A stretch of DNA of 32,000 nt from Candidatus Kuenenia stuttgartensis (GTDB lineage Bacteria; Planctomycetota; Brocadiia; Brocadiales; Brocadiaceae). The notes beneath the pieces were generated by a model. That model had not been told where the DNA came from, did not search any database, and saw only the letters and a list, made by a program, of their open reading frames with translations. The stretch is from contig NZ_LT934425.1 of NCBI RefSeq assembly GCF_900232105.1, positions 2,850,001 through 2,882,000 of the forward strand, given 5' to 3'. A program made the position numbers and the translations under genes. Of this stretch, positions 24,005 to 32,000 are shown piece after piece; position 1 is the first letter of the stretch; each line of letters begins with the position of its first letter.

Positions 24005-26458
24005 ATGAATGCAACTGCAGTTTCAACCAAAATGCCGGGAAGCTGGAAATGGCAGGTAATCCCTGTTGCATTTATGGTTATATGGTCATGTATTATCTTT
24101 GTTAACACGTTGCGGAATAATTTTGTTTATGATGATTCTGTTACGATTGTTAATAACCATTTGATTAAGAATTGGGATAATTTCCGGACGTTGTTTTCCT
24201 TTCAGTATTTCATGCTTTCCGGAGAGATAAGCTATCGTCCTATGGTTACGTTTACCTATTTTCTTGACTATTCTCTTTGGGGAGAAAACCCATCGGGGTA
24301 TCACTTCACTAATCTCCTCTTTCATATTGCAAATGTAACAGTATTCTACTTTTTTATTAAAAAGATAACGCGGATACATTCATTGGCGTTTATTTCAGCA
24401 TTATTGTTTGCCACCCATCCCGTAATAACAGAAACAGTTAATTCTATCAGCTATCGCGAAGATATCCTTGCCGCCTTCTTTTATCTAATGACGTTTATCC
24501 TGTTCTTAAAAATCGACGATGGCTTGAAGAAGAAAGGCGCATTTTATCTGTGTTATTCCGGTTCTTTGACTTTCTATGCACTGTCGTTATTTTCAAAAGA
24601 GATGGCAGTAACTCTGCCGGTAATGCTCGTGATATATACATTCTTTTTTCCATCAAAAAATAATCCTTTTAAAGAGTGTGTTAAAAAAATGAAAGGCGTC
24701 TATATTGGATATTTTTTAGTCACGTGCTGCTATTTAATTATTCAGTTTTGGGTATTTAAGGATGTGTCTATTAATCTGAGCGAGTCCGGGCAAAGCATCT
24801 TTGTGATGTTTAAGGTACTTGCCTCGTATATAAAGCTTTTGTTCCTACCTTTTGACCTTAATGCTGATTATGTGATTCTGCCGGTATTGGCAGATGTGGT
24901 ATCGTTTTCAATCTCTGTCGTTTTGATAATTGTACTGATTATTGTTTTATTGCGTATAGGGAAAGGAAACAAATTATTCTGTTTTTTTGCAGTGTGGTTT
25001 TTTGTCACCCTTTCGCCGGTGTCAAATATAATCCCGTTAAGCAATATCATGTCAGAGCGTTACATGTATATTCCCCTCATGGGATTTTCGGGCGCTGTGG
25101 GTGTACTGTTCTGGAAGGGTGTTTCAGAGAATATTTTTGCGAAGATATGCTTTGGCGTGATTTTAATCGTTTTTGCCTTTATAAGTATTTCCCGGAATGT
25201 CGTATGGCATGATGAATTTGCTCTGTGGCATGATGCCCTGGCAAGAGAACCTGACAGTGCACGCGCACACCACAACCTTGGGGTGGTATATAATTCAAAA
25301 GGGATGTATGAAAAGGCGGAGTATGAGTATAAAAAGACCCTGGAAATAAAACCGAATGATGCCGGGGCGTATTATAATCTGGGGAATTTATACGAACGAA
25401 AGGAACTGATTGGCGATGCTATCGCAGCATATGAAAAGGCAATACAATCAAATCCCTACCATGCAGATGCATACAATAATATAGGAAATATTTATAAAAA
25501 AAAGAAACAGTATCCTGCGGCAGTGAAAATGTATGAAAAAGCGATCCGGTGCAATCCGTTCGATTTCCGCTATCACAGTAATTTAGGGCTTATCTATCTT
25601 GAAACAAAAAATTACCGTGAGTCTGTTGACGCCTTTCTGAAAGCATTAAAAATCGCACCCGATAAATCTTCAACGCACAATTCACTGGGAAATGTTCTTA
25701 AAGAAATGGGAGATTTTGATGGCGCGGAAGAGGCATACAAAACAGCGCTTCAATTAGACCCTGCCGATGCAAATATTCACAATAGTTTAGGGATGTTATA
25801 CACAAACATGAAACAATTTGATAAAGCAATGAGAGAGTTTGATACGGCGATCCGGCTCGACCCGAAAATGGCAAGCGCATATAACAATTTGGGAATTGCC
25901 TATGCAAATAAAGGCGACGGGGAAAAAGCGGCAGAGGCATTAAACACAGCGGTAGCCCTTGGATTTGACGGCGCGGATGTGCATAATAATCTGGCATGTG
26001 TGTACATGACAATGGGAATGACGGATAATGCCATCCGGGAACTTGACATCGTCCTGGAATATGACCAAACAGATTGCTATGCGCATTGCAATCTTGGCAT
26101 TGCCTATCTATCCAAAAAAAATGTTGATAAGGCTATTTCTGAGTTTGAAGAGGCTATTAAAATCAATGCGGATGACGCGGATTTTCACCATTACCTTGGC
26201 AATGCCCTTATGGAAAAAGGAAGATATGGAGAGGCAGTTGACGCATTTGCACGAGCAATAGAAATTAATCCTGAAAATTCCTCGGTGCACAAGGCGCTCG
26301 GCGTTGTGTATGCGAATTATTTCAACAACACCCGGAAAGCATTATTTCATTTAAAAGAAACACTGCGGTTAAATCCAAATCAGCCAATGGCAGGCGAAAT
26401 AGAAGCGGCTATCGTTACATTAAGCGGCGGTAGCGATGGCATGGCGCAAAAGCCATGA
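24005..26458 (+). CDS. TMTC-like polytopic membrane glycosyltransferase (GT-C/PMT_2-DUF1736-like) fused to about a dozen TPR repeats
   Basis: The N-terminal roughly 400 aa has many TM helices, with FVYDDSVTIVNNHLI, YRPMVTFTYFLDYSLWG and GYHFTNLLFHIANV. The C-terminal half is tandem TPRs (A..YNLGN.Y...G....A...Y..A....P). Confidence 0.8.
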   Translation: MNATAVSTKMPGSWKWQVIPVAFMVIWSCIIFVNTLRNNFVYDDSVTIVNNHLIKNWDNFRTLFSFQYFMLSGEISYRPMVTFTYFLDYSLWGENPSGYHFTNLLFHIANVTVFYFFIKKITRIHSLAFISALLFATHPVITETVNSISYREDILAAFFYLMTFILFLKIDDGLKKKGAFYLCYSGSLTFYALSLFSKEMAVTLPVMLVIYTFFFPSKNNPFKECVKKMKGVYIGYFLVTCCYLIIQFWVFKDVSINLSESGQSIFVMFKVLASYIKLLFLPFDLNADYVILPVLADVVSFSISVVLIIVLIIVLLRIGKGNKLFCFFAVWFFVTLSPVSNIIPLSNIMSERYMYIPLMGFSGAVGVLFWKGVSENIFAKICFGVILIVFAFISISRNVVWHDEFALWHDALAREPDSARAHHNLGVVYNSKGMYEKAEYEYKKTLEIKPNDAGAYYNLGNLYERKELIGDAIAAYEKAIQSNPYHADAYNNIGNIYKKKKQYPAAVKMYEKAIRCNPFDFRYHSNLGLIYLETKNYRESVDAFLKALKIAPDKSSTHNSLGNVLKEMGDFDGAEEAYKTALQLDPADANIHNSLGMLYTNMKQFDKAMREFDTAIRLDPKMASAYNNLGIAYANKGDGEKAAEALNTAVALGFDGADVHNNLACVYMTMGMTDNAIRELDIVLEYDQTDCYAHCNLGIAYLSKKNVDKAISEFEEAIKINADDADFHHYLGNALMEKGRYGEAVDAFARAIEINPENSSVHKALGVVYANYFNNTRKALFHLKETLRLNPNQPMAGEIEAAIVTLSGGSDGMAQKP

Positions 26459-27181
26459 TAGGCGAATAAGTAGTTCATGTCATATCAATTTAAAATTTCA
26501 TAACTCTTGATCTGGTGGAATTTGATTTGATACCAGATTAAATACAAGACGCAAATTTGTACATGGCAGGACGTGCGTATAGCCTGTCCAGTCTCCATGT
26601 TCCATTACAGGGTTTAAAAACAGGTGTCATGCCATTTCCCACTCAGCAATGGTGAAGCTTTTTAATCCTTGCCTATCCCACTGGAATTAATAGGCTTAGG
26701 TACTTTTTGACTAAAAAAAATACTTCAGAAGCTCTGAGAGTTGAGGCGAGATAGGTGGGCGCTTGCCATTTGGACAAAGACGGAGCATTTTTTTCGAAAT
26801 ATCCTTTTCAAGCGCACAGATTTTCTCTACAATATCGCACAGCGCCACATTTTTGTTTGGGAAAATGGGCTGGTGCGCGTGTTATTTACCCCAAAAATTG
26901 ATTATCCTGCCCTGTGATTTTATGGCCAGGGAAAATTTTACAAAAGCCCTATCAGTGCAATTTTGCATTCGGCACAGTCTATACATTACATTTAGGTACT
27001 TTTTGGCGAAAAAACACTTCGGGAGTTTTGAATTGCCGTTATTGCCGTTATTGATGTATAATGCTTAGTAATTTCGGAAATTCTTAAAAAAACTAAAACG
27101 GTTGTAAAATATCGTTTTTTACCGCAGTATAAGAGGTTTTAATGCGGCGTTAACATTGCACTGGCTGCAATGAAAATGTCC

Positions 27182-27209
27182 TTGACAAGATATTCTACCG
27201 CTGTATAAT
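27182..27209 (+). promoter_or_regulatory. Near-consensus sigma70-type promoter upstream of the HAO-like gene
   Basis: TTGACA at 27182-27187, a 16-nt spacer, then TATAAT at 27204-27209. This implies a leader of roughly 185 nt before the ATG at 27402. Confidence 0.45.
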
Positions 27210-27401
27210 GTTGAAAATTTTTATGCCTTGAAATTTTGCATGAAAATCTTTTAAAAATTTGTTTAATAAAGAACCTGGGAAGGGGGTGGTTAGGCTAAAG
27301 ATTATTTAATGTTCCTGCTTTTACCTGTGATTCTCGCTTGTGTCACTTAGGTAATAACCGTAGTTTTAAAAGTGTTTAAAGTAAAGAAAGGAGAAGATGT
27401 A

Positions 27402-29012
27402 ATGTTTGAAATTTTTAAGAAACCATTGTCCAGGATTGTAGGTGCGACGTTTGCCTTTGCAGGCGTAACCTTGCTAGCTTGCGCTATGGAAAATGGTGTT
27501 GCAATGGCTGAAGGACCAACTTTTCAGGACGTAGCATCACAGGTATTCGGCCAGCCAGTTGGCCCGGATAATGATGGCACCTTGTATATATTTGGGTTGA
27601 CCGCTAAATATACTGAACCTGAATATGTTGATGGACGTGGGCCATACAAGTCTTTTTTGAAGATGTTACCGTCGATTCGTTGGTACGATCCGGAGCATTA
27701 TTGGACAAATGGAAGCCAGACAGAAGGGGTATTCAAGAACGAAGAATGCGTATTGTGCCATACAGTACAAACTCCGACGATTGTGAACGATTGGAAGCAA
27801 AGTTCGCATGGCAGCAAGGACATAAGGAGAGGGATTGGCATAAAGAAGGATGGAAAACCGGTTGAAGATTTGGTTGGTTGTGCTGATTGTCATGGTAATA
27901 ACCACCAGAAGCTTGAAATGCCAACCTATAAGCTCTGTAACGACTGTCATCCAAAAGAAACAGCGGAACACAGGGCTGGCGGTTTGGGGTCTCATACTCA
28001 TGCATACACAGTTAACGTGTTGGAATTTTCATGGCACGTAGGGAAACCTGCTGAAGAGGTTACTGGCTGTGCGCATTGTCATGCTATTGCGGAAAACAGA
28101 TGTTCCGGTTGCCACACAAGGCACAAATTTGACCCGGCTGAGGCAAGAAAACCGACCGCTTGCAGGGTTTGTCATATGGGTATAGACCATGATGAATGGG
28201 CTATGTACAATACCTCTATCCATGGAGCATTGTATGAAGCAGAATCAGCCAGGATGGACTGGGGCAAGAAGTTGAAGAAGGGTAACTACAGGGTGCCGAC
28301 CTGTGCTTATTGCCATATGCAAAACGGCGATCACAATCCGCAGAGGTTTGGAACGATCTATAGCGATATGGGCATGTTCCAGGTAGACCGCGGGGCACCA
28401 AAACATAAAGCGAAAAGAGACTCTTGGATTAAGTTATGCCAGGACTGTCATTCGCCAAGGTTCGCAGCGGATAAACTCAAAGAAATGGACGCAGGTGTTA
28501 ATTTGAGTTTTACAAAGTGGAGAGAGGCAGCTGCGGTTATCGTGGGTTGTTATCTTGATGGTGTAGTTGACCCAATGCCTGAAGGATCAGCTCCTGATTG
28601 GTACGGTCATTATACTTTCAGCTTGTTACCAGGCGGAGATCCAAGGTTCTACGCGACTTCTAACTTAGAGCGTTTAGGGCTGGAAATGATTTGTTACCTG
28701 ACCGGTAACGTTTATAAGGCATATGCACATATGTCTATGTACAATCAAACGTACGGAAATGGAAGCGCCTTTGAGCAGGACAGAAAATTGGTTGAAATCA
28801 AAACCGAAGCAGCTAAGTTGAGAAGGTTTGCAGCTATTGAGAAAAAGATCGGTTTAGAACACAAATCTGCTGATTTCTGGAAACATGGTGAATATCTTGA
28901 TTTACTCCCAGGCTGGAAGAGAAAACCTGGCGACGTGGATGTTGAATGGTTCAAGAGAACTGATATTCCTCACCGTGCTAATGCAGATGCTGGTGTAGAA
29001 ATACATCACTAA
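27402..29012 (+). CDS. Octaheme hydroxylamine-oxidoreductase-like protein (HAO/HOX/HDH family, oxidising type)
   Basis: Eight CxxCH motifs (CVLCH, CADCH, CNDCH, CAHCH, CSGCH, CRVCH, CAYCH, CQDCH). The signal peptide is MFEIFKKPLSRIVGATFAFAGVTLLACAMENGVAMA. A late Tyr lies in NQTYGNG, residue 451 counted from the ATG at 27402. That ATG follows AAAGGAGAAG. The track GTG start at 27372 is less likely. Confidence 0.95.
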   Translation: MFEIFKKPLSRIVGATFAFAGVTLLACAMENGVAMAEGPTFQDVASQVFGQPVGPDNDGTLYIFGLTAKYTEPEYVDGRGPYKSFLKMLPSIRWYDPEHYWTNGSQTEGVFKNEECVLCHTVQTPTIVNDWKQSSHGSKDIRRGIGIKKDGKPVEDLVGCADCHGNNHQKLEMPTYKLCNDCHPKETAEHRAGGLGSHTHAYTVNVLEFSWHVGKPAEEVTGCAHCHAIAENRCSGCHTRHKFDPAEARKPTACRVCHMGIDHDEWAMYNTSIHGALYEAESARMDWGKKLKKGNYRVPTCAYCHMQNGDHNPQRFGTIYSDMGMFQVDRGAPKHKAKRDSWIKLCQDCHSPRFAADKLKEMDAGVNLSFTKWREAAAVIVGCYLDGVVDPMPEGSAPDWYGHYTFSLLPGGDPRFYATSNLERLGLEMICYLTGNVYKAYAHMSMYNQTYGNGSAFEQDRKLVEIKTEAAKLRRFAAIEKKIGLEHKSADFWKHGEYLDLLPGWKRKPGDVDVEWFKRTDIPHRANADAGVEIHH

Positions 29013-29057
29013 GTTTCATGTACCTGATTTAATTTTCAGGATATATATGTTGTCGAG

Positions 29058-29104
29058 CAATGAGGGTAGCAGAGGTCAATTTGCTACCCTCATTGTATTT
29101 ATTC
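29058..29104 (+). terminator. Strong rho-independent terminator after the HAO-like gene
   Basis: CAATGAGGGTAGCA at 29058-29071 pairs perfectly with TGCTACCCTCATTG at 29082-29095 (14 bp, 10-nt loop), followed by TATTTATT. Confidence 0.75.
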
Positions 29105-29311
29105 GGTACTTTTATGTGCGTTGTATCTTTATAAATGAGTTAGGTTTTTAGGGAAATTCAAGATAAACTACAGATTGTGCAGAGATAAATACATAATCTG
29201 TGTAATCCGTAGTTTCAATCCTTTTTTGCCTGTTTGAAACCTTGTATCTCCAGGCAATTAAGTATTAAGAGAAAATTACTTGTTTTAAAATGAAAGAAGG
29301 AGGTTTAAATT

Positions 29312-30559
29312 ATGAGCATCACTACTTCAAAAATAAGAACTCCTGCGTATGAAAAATTATCGGTGGCAGATGGTTTTTCTGCTAAAATGGGGCATTTTGG
29401 CCGCTTTGGCGGAAAGTTTGTGCCGGAAACGATTATGCCCTCTCTCGACCAATTGGAACAAGCATATAATGATGCGAAAAACGATCCGACATTCAATACA
29501 GAACTGGAATACTATTTGAGAGAGTATGTGGGGCGTCCTTCAACCCTTTATTATGCGGAAAGGCTGACAAAAAAACTTGGCGGCGCTAAAATATATCTCA
29601 AAAGGGAGGATTTAAATCATACCGGAGCACATAAAATTAATAATACGATTGGGCAAATATTGCTTGCTTTGAGGATGGGAAAAAAGCGCATTATTGCTGA
29701 AACTGGCGCTGGACAGCATGGCGTCGCCACGGCTACTGCTGCTGCAATGTTTGGTGTTCAATGTGATGTATATATGGGCGAAGAAGACATGAGACGTCAG
29801 TCGTTGAATGTTTTTAGAATGAAGCTGCTCGGAGCAAAGGTTATTCCCGTCGTCAGTGGTTCGAAAACATTAAAAGATGCTACAAATGAGGCTTTGAGGG
29901 ACTGGATGGGGTCGGTAAAACACACTCATTACATTATTGGTTCTGTTGTTGGTCCTCATCCTTACCCAACAATGGTAAGAGATTTCCAGTTAGTAATAGG
30001 ACGAGAAGCAAAAAAGCAGATATTGGAAAAGGAAAACCGGCTGCCGGATTATCTTATTGCCTGTGTTGGTGGCGGTAGTAATTCAATAGGATTGTTTCAT
30101 CCATTCATTGACGACAAAGAGGTAAAAATGATTGGCGTAGAAGCGGGAGGCACTGGCCCTGGAGTAGGCCAGCATGCATCGACTCTGACAAGCGGGAAAG
30201 TAGGTGTGTTGCATGGAAGTGTAAGCTATGTTCTTCAGGACGATGATGGGCAAACATTGCCGGTGCATTCAATTTCTGCCGGTTTGGACTATCCCGGCGT
30301 TGGTCCCGAGCACAGCTATTTGAAAGACATTGGAAGGGCTGATTATGTTTCGATAACTGACGAAGAAGCGGTAAGCGCCTTTCAGGAATGTGCCCGATTA
30401 GAAGGGATTATTCCAGCCCTTGAGGCCGCACATGCTATTGCGTATACAATGAAACTTGCTCCTGTTTTGAGTAAGGACAAATTGATTATTGTTTGTTTAT
30501 CCGGTACTGGAGATAAGGATTCCTTTGAAGTGGCAAAAAAACTAGGCTACGTCATCTAG
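29312..30559 (+). CDS. trpB: Tryptophan synthase beta chain
   Basis: [35 protein letters not shown] (PLP lysine) and [14 protein letters not shown] lies 8 nt before the ATG. Confidence 0.95.
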   Translation: MSITTSKIRTPAYEKLSVADGFSAKMGHFGRFGGKFVPETIMPSLDQLEQAYNDAKNDPTFNTELEYYLREYVGRPSTLYYAERLTKKLGGAKIYLKREDLNHTGAHKINNTIGQILLALRMGKKRIIAETGAGQHGVATATAAAMFGVQCDVYMGEEDMRRQSLNVFRMKLLGAKVIPVVSGSKTLKDATNEALRDWMGSVKHTHYIIGSVVGPHPYPTMVRDFQLVIGREAKKQILEKENRLPDYLIACVGGGSNSIGLFHPFIDDKEVKMIGVEAGGTGPGVGQHASTLTSGKVGVLHGSVSYVLQDDDGQTLPVHSISAGLDYPGVGPEHSYLKDIGRADYVSITDEEAVSAFQECARLEGIIPALEAAHAIAYTMKLAPVLSKDKLIIVCLSGTGDKDSFEVAKKLGYVI

Positions 30560-30668
30560 TGGAATACCACATATAAAATAATCGTAAGTAAATAAGGTAT
30601 TTAATTCGAAGTAAAGCACAGTCTCTATTTGATTTTTAGAGTAGAGAAATCGTTATAGTTTTGTTGAG

Positions 30669-31511
30669 ATGATTCCAATGAACAGGATTGATAAAAAATT
30701 TGAAGAATTAAAAAGAAAAAAGGAGCCTGCTTTTATTCCGTTTATTACGGCCGGAGACCCTGACATCGAAACAACAGAGGACTTGATTCTTGCTTTTGAG
30801 AAAAAAGGGGCAGATATTATTGAGCTTGGTGTACCATTTTCCGACCCTATTGCAGATGGGCCTGTTATTCAGGCATCATATCACAGGGCATTGGGAAAAG
30901 GGGTAAAGGTTGCGCAAATATTCGATATGATTTCGAGGCTTCGCAGTAAAACTCAAATACCTGTAGTCGGAATGATTTCTTATAGTATTGTGTACAAATT
31001 TGGAAGTAAAGCTTTTGTTGAAATGGCTTTAAAGGCAGGGTTTGACGGATTGACTATCCCAGACCTTCCCATTGAAGAAAATGAAGAAATATTTGAAATC
31101 TCATCCAAAAATGATTTAAAAATTGTTTGTTTTGTGGCCCCAACAACAACGAATCAACGAATGAACCTTATTACTCAAAGAACGCAGGGGTTTTTGTATT
31201 ATATTTCGGTGGTGGGGATTACCGGAGCAAGGGATATGTTGCCCGATGATATTGTACAAAATATTAATAAACTTAAACAGCTTACTAGTATTCCTATTGT
31301 AGTAGGTTTTGGGGTATCCACAGCCAAACAAGCAAGTATGGTCGGAAAGATCGCAGAAGGCGTAATTGTTGGCAGCGCTATTGTAAGAGAAATTGAAAAA
31401 TATGAACACGAACTTCATGAGAAGCGGATAGAAAATGTTGGTAATTTTGTTGAGGAGTTAGTTATTGGGACAAAGAATTTGCCGAAAACACCTTTGGTAA
31501 GCATTGGTTAG
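30669..31511 (+). CDS. trpA: Tryptophan synthase alpha chain
   Basis: FIPFITAGDPDIETT, IELGVPFSDPIADGPVIQ and VGFGVSTAKQ. The start may be the second ATG at 30678 (MNRIDKKF). Confidence 0.93.
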   Translation: MIPMNRIDKKFEELKRKKEPAFIPFITAGDPDIETTEDLILAFEKKGADIIELGVPFSDPIADGPVIQASYHRALGKGVKVAQIFDMISRLRSKTQIPVVGMISYSIVYKFGSKAFVEMALKAGFDGLTIPDLPIEENEEIFEISSKNDLKIVCFVAPTTTNQRMNLITQRTQGFLYYISVVGITGARDMLPDDIVQNINKLKQLTSIPIVVGFGVSTAKQASMVGKIAEGVIVGSAIVREIEKYEHELHEKRIENVGNFVEELVIGTKNLPKTPLVSIG

Positions 31512-31543
31512 TTGAAGTTTTATTTTTAATATCATTTAAAAAA

Positions 31544-31714
31544 AAGAAAAAACGTAACTATTCAGCGTGTTTGAGCAAAAAACATTATATGTGGTAGAGA
31601 ATGCTTGTTTTGTATTTTCAGACTATATGTGGTAGTACAACCTGTGGCTAAATTTTATGTTTTTAGTCATTTTATGCCATATATGGTAGTCGCAAAATCA
31701 CGCTGAATAGTTAC
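31544..31714. mobile_element. 171-bp MITE with IS66-like ends
   Basis: GTAACTATTCAGCGTG at 31544-31559 and its exact reverse complement CACGCTGAATAGTTAC at 31699-31714. 13 of the first 14 nt equal the IS66 terminus GTATCTATTCAGCG at 17059. The interior carries TATATGTGGTAG twice (31576-31587 and 31614-31625) and TATATGGTAG at 31680-31689. Confidence 0.6.
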
Positions 31715-31738
31715 AAGAAAGAAAAAACAGGATATATT

Positions 31739-32000
31739 TTGGATCAGAACAAAGAAAAAGGGTACACTCAATATCAAAAGAAGGTTATTAAGGGATTTTA
31801 TGAAAATAAAGACCTGCGACTAATACAAAACCTTGGAGAGCTGGTTTCTGATATGTACCTGATAACGGACGAAAAAAAGAAGGATTCCGGCTGGAAGAGA
31901 ATTAAGAAAATACTTGCCGATTTGAAGGTGCACCCTAACGAAGTGGAATATTTGACTAAAGAGAGAAACCTTGCGGTAATTTCAAAAAAAATAGAAGAAA
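31739..32000 (+). CDS. Hypothetical protein, N-terminal part (runs off the right edge)
   Basis: The frame is open from 31667 to the window end. A TTG at 31739 has AGGA 7 nt upstream and gives LDQNKEKGYTQYQKKVIKGFYENKDLRLIQNLGELVSDMYLITDEKKKDSGWKRIKKILADLKVHPNEVEYLTKERNLAVISKKIEE. I recognise no domain. Confidence 0.3.
   Translation, partial: MDQNKEKGYTQYQKKVIKGFYENKDLRLIQNLGELVSDMYLITDEKKKDSGWKRIKKILADLKVHPNEVEYLTKERNLAVISKKIEE

Noticed and set aside
26763-27068. 101-aa ORF in the HAO upstream region
   Set aside because: It has a TTG-type start without an RBS and an odd composition, and I recognise no motif. It spans one of the 40-bp repeat boxes. The reverse strand also gives only short fragments. 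I treat it as non-coding, although a degraded ancient gene cannot be excluded.
29105-29311. Trp attenuator leader peptide upstream of trpB
   Set aside because: I could find no small ORF with consecutive TGG codons, only inverted repeats.
31576-31689. The three TATATGTGGTAG-like repeats as DnaA boxes or iterons
   Set aside because: They match the DnaA box (TGTGGATAA) at only about 6 of 9 positions. They lie inside an element with clear TIRs related to IS66. Transposase-binding sub-terminal repeats are the simpler explanation.

Overview
The window is about 40% GC by eye and carries roughly 30 genes. It looks like chromosome from an anammox planctomycete (Candidatus Kuenenia-like). That inference rests on a monocistronic octaheme hydroxylamine-oxidoreductase-like (HAO/HOX/HDH family) gene at 27402-29012, which has eight CxxCH motifs and a candidate cross-linking Tyr.

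The left third is housekeeping:
- a partial C26 amidotransferase, hslVU and a CBS-pair protein
- a frameshifted Cu(I) P-type ATPase
- an FAD oxidoreductase and an exported DJ-1/PfpI protein

The centre (about 8.6-18.8 kb) looks like an accessory island:
- a DUF433/DUF5615 toxin-antitoxin pair
- three ArsR-family regulators; one is paired with a tiny Cys-rich coiled-coil protein whose module is also fused to the regulator
- a GC-rich SAM methyltransferase
- a beta-barrel outer-membrane gene broken by three separate lesions, followed 9 nt later by a pentaheme cytochrome c
- an ArsR / cysteine desulfurase / DsrE-like set
- an IS66-family element with a clean 8-bp target duplication

The right part carries a second methyltransferase, nfo, a delta-alpha-beta 2-oxoacid:ferredoxin oxidoreductase with no gamma subunit, a DUF3368(PIN-like)/UPF0175 pair, a TMTC-like membrane glycosyltransferase-TPR fusion, the HAO-like gene, trpB-trpA, and a small MITE whose ends match the IS66 ends.

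Three repeat families were found by eye:
- a 99-bp MITE in two perfectly identical inverted copies, one inside the outer-membrane gene
- a CGAAAT-rich hairpin element in three copies
- the IS66-related MITE

I saw no rRNA, tRNA or CRISPR. All function calls come from motif recognition in the translations. No database search was possible.
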